Assembly: GCA_965279035.1 (NCBI GenBank)
Contig: OZ257142.1
Location: 2,880,001 to 2,944,000 of the forward strand
DNA length: 64,000 bases
DNA from: Bacteroidia bacterium
GTDB lineage: Bacteria; Bacteroidota; Bacteroidia; M30B66
Direction: 5' to 3'
In this document: positions 58,574-64,000 of the stretch, piece by piece
Position numbering within the stretch: the stretch's first letter is position 1
Layout of the letters: each line of letters opens with the position of its first letter
Made by a program: the position numbers and the translations under genes
The notes under the pieces: model-generated
Database searches by the model: none
The model's input: only the letters and a program-made list of their open reading frames with translations
What the model was told of the DNA's origin: nothing

Positions 58574-59629
58574 ATGAATAAATTCTTGCTTTTTCCCCTA
58601 TTGGCCATTTCTGTAGGAATGGTAGCCTGTTCAGGAAGTCATCAACCAGCCGATCAGGATAATGCTAAAAATTTGGCAGCCGATAAAGAATTGCTAACCA
58701 AAGCACAAACCTTCTTTCAAGCATTGCCATCAACAGCCGAGGTGTTGGAAAACCCCATGAGTCCAGAGAAAATTGCCTTGGGTAAATTGCTCTATTTCGA
58801 CACCCGACTTTCGGCTACAGGAAATATCAGCTGTAATTCATGCCACAATTTGAGCACGTTTGGAGTAGATAACAAAGCGTTTTCAACCGGTGATGCAGGT
58901 AAATTAGGTGGACGAAATTCACCTACTTCATTCAATGCTGCATTACATAGCATGCAATTTTGGGATGGTCGCGCTAAAACGGTTGAAGAACAAGCTGGAA
59001 TGCCTATTCTAAATCCAGTAGAAATGGCGATTCCAAACGAAGCTGCATTGGAAAAGAAATTAGCTGCAGTTCCTATGTATGTGGAGAAATTCAAAAAAGT
59101 ATTTCCGGTTGATAAAAACCCAATTAGCTTTAAAAATGTAGCGCTAGCCATTGGAGCTTTCGAACGTACATTGCTTACTCCTTCTCGCTTCGATAAATTC
59201 TTAGCTGGCGAAACAAAGGCTTTGAATGCAGAAGAAAAAGCGGGTTTAAGTTTATTTATGGAAACAGGCTGCACCACTTGTCATAGCGGATCTTCACTTG
59301 GTGGAACGATGATGATGAAATTTGGGGTACATACCGATTATCGTCCTTTAACAGGAAGTACCAATGGAGATAATGGTTTGATGGATTTAACGAAGAAAGA
59401 AAGTGATATAGATATTTTCAAAGTGTGTGGCTTGCGTAACGTAGAAAAAACAGCACCGTATTTCCACGATGGCAGCGTAAAATCTTTGAACGACGCGGTT
59501 CGCATCATGGCTAAAACACAAAATAATAAAGACCTAAATCCAGAACAAGTATCAAGTATTGTTAAATTCTTGGGAACATTAACACATGATATTCCGGATG
59601 ATGTAAAAGCAAAACCGGTAGAATTATAA
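58574..59629 (+). CDS. Di-heme cytochrome c peroxidase (CcpA/MauG family), lipoprotein
   Basis: Lipobox MVAC; CNSCH and CTTCH; RNSPT, QFWDGRA, LRNVEKTAPYFHDG. Confidence 0.93.
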   Translation: MNKFLLFPLLAISVGMVACSGSHQPADQDNAKNLAADKELLTKAQTFFQALPSTAEVLENPMSPEKIALGKLLYFDTRLSATGNISCNSCHNLSTFGVDNKAFSTGDAGKLGGRNSPTSFNAALHSMQFWDGRAKTVEEQAGMPILNPVEMAIPNEAALEKKLAAVPMYVEKFKKVFPVDKNPISFKNVALAIGAFERTLLTPSRFDKFLAGETKALNAEEKAGLSLFMETGCTTCHSGSSLGGTMMMKFGVHTDYRPLTGSTNGDNGLMDLTKKESDIDIFKVCGLRNVEKTAPYFHDGSVKSLNDAVRIMAKTQNNKDLNPEQVSSIVKFLGTLTHDIPDDVKAKPVEL

Positions 59630-59649
59630 AATTAAATTCAATCTTTTTT

Positions 59650-59683
59650 AAGCGCTGTCCTATTTTAGGATGGCGCTTTTTTT
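59650..59683 (+). terminator. Rho-independent terminator
   Basis: aagcgctgtccta-ttt-taggatggcgcttttttt. Confidence 0.85.
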
Positions 59684-59723
59684 ATTTCAATAAAAGATAG
59701 AATTAGCATGACACTTTTTCAAA

Positions 59724-59853
59724 CTCCCCTCTCCCCGAGGAGAGGGGCCGGGGGTGAGGTCAACCGGATGCTAGTTAAATCCAAACTATTTCTTTTTCTA
59801 GCATCCCAATTCTATTACAAGGGGCCGGGGGTGAGGTCAACCGGATGCTAGAA
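59724..59853. repeat. REP-like hairpin with a 32-bp direct repeat and an internal inverted repeat
   Basis: cccctctcc-ccga-ggagagggg; aggggccgggggtgaggtcaaccggatgctag at 59743-59774 and 59820-59851; ttctagcatcc (59796-59806) is inverted to both copies of ggatgctag. Confidence 0.85.
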
Positions 59854-59972
59854 CACTTCATCACAATCAATGTACTCTGAAACATAATTCTAGACTATAC
59901 ATTAAACCTGATGAAAACCATATATTTGAAATAGTCCGAATGCTCCTGAATTATTTCATAGAGTTAATTAGC

Positions 59973-60049
59973 AAATGAGATTTTAAGAGATAAATTTATT
60001 TATGCGAACTAACCTATTCATTCTTCTTTGTTTTTTCAGTGGACTGATT
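59973..60049 (+). repeat. Direct repeat copy 1 (spans the start of the T9SS gene)
   Basis: 69/77 identical to 61483-61559 by manual alignment, first 39 bp identical. Confidence 0.92.
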
Positions 60050-61522
60050 CAAGCTCAAAAACAAGCTTATACTACCATGAACGGTGATTGTAGTCAAACG
60101 CTTCAGAATGGTTGCATTGAGCCTTATGCAAATATGATTCTTAAATTCAATGATGATTCATTAGAACAAATCATTGAACCTGTTGATTTAAATTTGGCAA
60201 CCTATTATAGTCGTGCAGCCTTTTCAGATACTGCAGGCAACCTAGTTTTTGCTAGTAATGGATGGCGATTGGTAAATAGTTCAGGTGAAATCTTAGCACA
60301 TAAGCTTTGGCTTGATTCCATGCCTCATCCCGATGATTCTTACGATTCTACTATGCTTCTCGTTAATATGGGTCCTTTGTTTTTAGATGATCCCGGAGAT
60401 GCTGCTAAAGCATACCTTTTTTATGGGCAGTATAAAAGATTGTTTAATGCAGTTAACCAGCAAATGAGGGCTGATATTTTTTTTACATATGCCTACTTAG
60501 ATATTCCAACTAAAACGCTAATCAGCAAGAATAATATCATTTTAACAGATACTACCAACTCAGGAGATATGCAGGCTTGCCGTCATGCCAATGGACGTGA
60601 TTGGTGGCTCATAAAACCGGGGTTGAAGGAAAATCAAATTTATTTTGGATTATTATCACCTTCAGGAATAACAATGCAGTTACTTGAAATTCCAGACATA
60701 ACTTCCAGACATCAAGCAGGAACTTTTTCTCAATTCTCTTTTGATGGAACTAAGTACTTTCATTACACCGGTACATACACTCGAACCATGTTTGTGTATG
60801 ACTTTGATCGATGTAACGGAACTTTATCCAACCCGATTACCATCGATATGACAGACTCATTGATGTATGGTGATATTAATGCATTTGCCTTAAGTCCAGA
60901 TGGCACCAAAATCTACATTCGGAAATACAATTTCACTCCTATATTTCCTCAGATTCAAGGTTTATTACAATATGATCTCCTTAATGGAAATTATACTTAT
61001 TTAGCTTTTTCTGCTTCTGCACCAAATGCTTCACCTAATGGTAAATCAATTCTTCAACAGTCATCATATGATGAAAATGGAGTTACTTATCAAACATTAA
61101 GTGAAATTGAAAATCCCAATGAAGCGGGAACTGCTTGTAATTATGTAGAACACAAATATCACATTAACAACAATGCAACTTTTGTTATGCCCTCCAATTG
61201 GGCGAATTTTAAATTAGGCGCATTACAAGGTAGTCCATGCGATACGCTAAGTACACATGTTTCGGAAATTCAATTGGAACCAACCAAAATGTTAGTGTAT
61301 CCCAACCCTAGCCGAGGGATGCTGTATGTTCAGCTTAAAAATCAAGGTGCAAAGGCGCAACTTTTTGTACGGAATGCGCAAGGTTCAGTTTTATATTCCT
61401 CTGAATTTTATCTCAGCCAGCAAGTTAACCTTGAACAAATTAATTTAAGTTATGGACTTTATTTTATTGAAGTAAAATTAGAAAATGAGATTTTAAGAGA
61501 TAAATTTATTTATGCGAACTAG
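60002..61522 (+). CDS. T9SS type A cargo protein (likely beta-propeller; RHANGRDWW family)
   Basis: Signal peptide; SDTAGNLVFASNG, ACRHANGRDWW, YDFDRC, LGALQGSPCDTL; VYPNPS CTD. Confidence 0.85.
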   Translation: MRTNLFILLCFFSGLIQAQKQAYTTMNGDCSQTLQNGCIEPYANMILKFNDDSLEQIIEPVDLNLATYYSRAAFSDTAGNLVFASNGWRLVNSSGEILAHKLWLDSMPHPDDSYDSTMLLVNMGPLFLDDPGDAAKAYLFYGQYKRLFNAVNQQMRADIFFTYAYLDIPTKTLISKNNIILTDTTNSGDMQACRHANGRDWWLIKPGLKENQIYFGLLSPSGITMQLLEIPDITSRHQAGTFSQFSFDGTKYFHYTGTYTRTMFVYDFDRCNGTLSNPITIDMTDSLMYGDINAFALSPDGTKIYIRKYNFTPIFPQIQGLLQYDLLNGNYTYLAFSASAPNASPNGKSILQQSSYDENGVTYQTLSEIENPNEAGTACNYVEHKYHINNNATFVMPSNWANFKLGALQGSPCDTLSTHVSEIQLEPTKMLVYPNPSRGMLYVQLKNQGAKAQLFVRNAQGSVLYSSEFYLSQQVNLEQINLSYGLYFIEVKLENEILRDKFIYAN

Positions 61523-61559
61523 CCTATTCAATCTTCTCTATTTTGTTAATGGTCTGATT
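61483..61559 (+). repeat. Direct repeat copy 2 (spans the stop of the T9SS gene)
   Basis: Matches 59973-60049; ends at the IS insertion site. Confidence 0.92.
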
Positions 61560-61661
61560 TTGTAGGCTCCCCTTAAATTCGGCCATTTGAAATTAGAATT
61601 CTCCAAGCCTTTAGGCGCGGAAGGCAATCCAAGAGAATTACTAATTTTAAAACCGAAAACC

Positions 61662-61928
61662 ATGAAGAAAACAAGATTTACAGAAGCACAAATCGTAAAG
61701 GTGCTCAAACAGCAAGAGGCCGGCTCCAAGGTGAGTGATTTATGCCGAGAACTCGGCATTAGCGATGCAACGTTTTACAATTGGAAAGCCAAGTATGGAG
61801 GCATGGAAGTCAATGATGTGAAGCGAATGAAATCTCTTGAAGAGGAAAATAGCCGCTTGAAGAAGATGTATGCAGAACTGAGTCTTTTGCATTACGCCTT
61901 GAAAGATGCAGTCGAAAAAAAGCTATAA
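61662..61928 (+). CDS. IS3 transposase OrfA (HTH)
   Basis: MKKTRFTEAQIV..LCRELGISDATFYNWKAKYGG; A7G slippery site at 61915-61922. Confidence 0.93.
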   Translation: MKKTRFTEAQIVKVLKQQEAGSKVSDLCRELGISDATFYNWKAKYGGMEVNDVKRMKSLEEENSRLKKMYAELSLLHYALKDAVEKKL

Positions 61929-62752
61929 GCCTTGTAAGTAAAGAAGCTCTGGCTGAACACATGGTTAAAGAACATGGAATCAGCACTCGCAAGGCGTGTA
62001 AAGCGGTTCATATTGATCGCAAAATATGGAGTTATAAATCAGTTCGGAAGCGATCTGACGATCTCTTAATCGATGCGTTTAATAGGCTTACAGAGAAGCA
62101 TCCATCCATTGGTTTTTGGCAGTGTTATTTCAGGATGCGTAAACAAGGCTTTAAGGACAATCACAAGAGAATGTATAGAGTATACAGCTCATTGAAGCTT
62201 AATATTCGCAGACGCTCTAAAAAGCGACTTCCTGCACGCACAAAACAAATGCTTTATCAACCTGCTGCACCCAATAAAGTATGGAGTGTCGATTTTATGA
62301 GCGATAGTTTATGGGATGGTAGAAAGTTCCGAACACTAAATGTAATCGATGATTTTAACCGGAAAGTATTGGCAATAGAAGCCGATACGTCATTGCCTAC
62401 ATTACGAGTAATACGTGTCTTAGAGAGAATAAAAGAAAGTCGTGGCTTACCAGAAATAATACGCGTAGACAATGGACCTGAATTTATCTCAGCTAAGCTC
62501 GATATATGGTGTAAAGAAAATCGAATACAGTTGTTATTTATACGACCTGGAAAACCTACAGAAAACGCTTATGTGGAAAGATTTAATGGCTCATTCAGAA
62601 GAGAGCTTTTAAATGCATATGTGTTCAGAAACATAAATGAAGTTCGAATACTTGCCGAAGAATGGATGACAGACTACAATAACAATCGCCCGCATAAAGC
62701 ATTAAACTATTTAACACCAACTGAATATGAAAATGCAGAAGTAATCAGTTGA
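61922..62752 (+). CDS. IS3 transposase OrfB (DDE integrase core), reached by -1 frameshift
   Basis: The -1 frame is open from the slippery site; WSVDF, VDNGPEF, NAYVERFN, RPHKAL. Confidence 0.93.
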   Translation, partial: AISLVSKEALAEHMVKEHGISTRKACKAVHIDRKIWSYKSVRKRSDDLLIDAFNRLTEKHPSIGFWQCYFRMRKQGFKDNHKRMYRVYSSLKLNIRRRSKKRLPARTKQMLYQPAAPNKVWSVDFMSDSLWDGRKFRTLNVIDDFNRKVLAIEADTSLPTLRVIRVLERIKESRGLPEIIRVDNGPEFISAKLDIWCKENRIQLLFIRPGKPTENAYVERFNGSFRRELLNAYVFRNINEVRILAEEWMTDYNNNRPHKALNYLTPTEYENAEVIS

Positions 62753-62802
62753 AATTCTAATTTTGAATGGTCCGAAAAAAGGGGGAGCCTACAATTTCAC
62801 CC

Positions 62803-63270
62803 CTATAATTTTAACCTCGAATCAAATTGCATTTTAAAAGCATTCAAAACCCTGAGTTTGGATGCATCTTGATGATTTGGATTTATTAAGTAATTAAATT
62901 CTTGAGGTATTATACTGCTAGGAACTTTCAAAATAGCCGATTCATTATACTTCACAAAATCATCCCCAATAATTTGAGTAATTAAACTAGGAGGTTGAGA
63001 ATTCCAATCCTGGGGTAAATCCGCTAATATCACTTCTTGAATCAATACATCATCGGGAATTTCAATTTCAATTAAATATCGGTCATTGGGTAAATCTTCA
63101 CTTAAATCCAAATGGACAGAAATTTCAAGTAGCGCTAATGCCCTACTCTCGGAAGTATAAACAATTCGAGTATTTAAAGAATTCCATCTAAACCCTTCCG
63201 ATAAAGAAGCGCCAACACCCGATAAAGTAGTATCAATATATTTTTCCCTTTCAATACGGTAAACAACCAT
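62803..63270 (-). CDS. RES domain toxin (NAD+ phosphorylase-like)
   Basis: VYRI, RWNS, YTSESRALALLE, VPSSI..E.NYLINP.H. Confidence 0.92.
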   Translation of the reverse strand: MVVYRIEREKYIDTTLSGVGASLSEGFRWNSLNTRIVYTSESRALALLEISVHLDLSEDLPNDRYLIEIEIPDDVLIQEVILADLPQDWNSQPPSLITQIIGDDFVKYNESAILKVPSSIIPQEFNYLINPNHQDASKLRVLNAFKMQFDSRLKL

Positions 63271-63770
63271 TAGGCGAAGTTTCCAAACTCAATTCGATTC
63301 AAACTAAATTTTACTTCATTGATTCCCGTAATGGTATCAAGCATGCTTTCGGGTGAATTTCCACCTAAATAAAGATTCGGTTTTTTAAGCCATCGTTGAA
63401 ATTTCGCCTCTTCGTTATTGAAAACATCTAAACCAAAATCTAGTAATTCATTGATCAAAATAATTAATTCGCTATTTCTACTATCAAGTAATAAATGCTC
63501 ACTTTTCTTTTTGTTATAGGTAGTTTGAGGTATACCAATTAAAGCCAATACATTTTTTATTGGATTGTTTAATCGTTTACTTATTACCTCAATGAATTCG
63601 TACGGAATACCTTCACGTATAGTTTTAACCCGCTCCATTTTATTACCCAGACCATAAACTACACTCGCTTCATTCAGGGTAGATTTAGTTGCAGAACTTT
63701 TTTGAGCAGCTTTATTTTGTAAGCTTCTACTGGTATTAAATGATTGCGTTTTATTAGCAACTTTTTTCAT
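63270..63770 (-). CDS. Xre/MbcA/ParS antitoxin
   Basis: IREGIPY, G.DVF....F.RWL.KPN..LGG.SP..MLDT.TG...V...L.RIEFG. Confidence 0.9.
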   Translation of the reverse strand: MKKVANKTQSFNTSRSLQNKAAQKSSATKSTLNEASVVYGLGNKMERVKTIREGIPYEFIEVISKRLNNPIKNVLALIGIPQTTYNKKKSEHLLLDSRNSELIILINELLDFGLDVFNNEEAKFQRWLKKPNLYLGGNSPESMLDTITGINEVKFSLNRIEFGNFA

Positions 63771-63841
63771 CGTGCAGCAATTTGACTGCTAATATAAAGC
63801 AATTCTGCTTCACTTGCACTCAATTTCAATTCGTCAACTTT

Positions 63842-64000
63842 TCATCCCCGAATAAATTTCCGAATACACTGCTTCCCTCCTATTTTCATCAAAATAAAAT
63901 ATGTTCCAGCATATAATTCCCTTGTATTTATCGGAATGTAATTACTACCCATATGTATGGGAAATTGTGTCAAACATTTTACTTCCCTTCCCATATCATC
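63842..64000 (-). CDS. C-terminus of a T9SS type A cargo protein (extends beyond the window)
   Basis: Manual translation DDMGREVK...INTRELYAGTYFILMKIGGKQCIRKFIRG* matches the CTD pattern; not in the ORF track. Confidence 0.7.
   Translation of the reverse strand, partial: DDMGREVKCLTQFPIHMGSNYIPINTRELYAGTYFILMKIGGKQCIRKFIRG

Larger units (their letters stand above)
61561..62793 (+). mobile_element. IS3-family insertion sequence (IS407-group-like), 1233 bp, apparently intact
   Basis: Terminal IRs TGTAGGCTCCCC...GGGGAGCCTACA (~40 bp, imperfect); 4-bp target duplication ATTT at 61557-61560 and 62794-62797. Confidence 0.95.

Noticed and set aside
59743-59851. 32-bp direct repeats with a 45-bp spacer as a mini CRISPR
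   Set aside because: Only two copies, the first is part of a REP-like hairpin, and there are no cas genes
59973-61559. Direct repeat at a gene 3' end as a DGR template/variable repeat pair
   Set aside because: The mismatches are not adenine-specific (a/g, t/a, t/c, g/a, t/g, c/t, g/a, a/t) and no reverse transcriptase is in the window

Overview
Chromosomal window from an AT-rich Bacteroidota bacterium. The evidence is T9SS type A and type B C-terminal sorting domains, TAnnTTTG -7 promoter boxes, and the typical gene blocks recF-dciA, TPR-ribH and ferredoxin/acyl-CoA reductase. It holds about 45 CDS. These include housekeeping genes (wecB, upp, psd, recF, ribH, yjjG-like) and eight T9SS cargo genes, two of them tandem giant PKD-repeat proteins (~2100 and ~2700 aa). 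There is also a three-gene multi-PAS sensor kinase cluster, three toxin-antitoxin pairs (MNT-HEPN; HTH-AbiEii with an in-frame stop; Xre-RES) and one apparently intact IS3-family element with a 4-bp target duplication. I found no rRNA, tRNA, CRISPR array or reverse transcriptase. The most notable unexplained signals are: (i) a ~190-210 nt structured intergenic element present in two diverged copies 51 kb apart, with a compensatory change, alternative pairings and a nested REP-like hairpin; (ii) a PAS-HisKA-REC protein with no ATPase domain between two complete kinases; (iii) a T9SS gene flanked by ~77-100 bp direct repeats that fuse its own stop and start regions; (iv) a shared Crp/Fnr-like box at matching spacing before the desaturase and the cytochrome c peroxidase; (v) period-7 tracts just 3' of genes; (vi) a degenerate hammerhead-like fold. 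All calls come from reading the sequence by eye. No database search or folding program was run.
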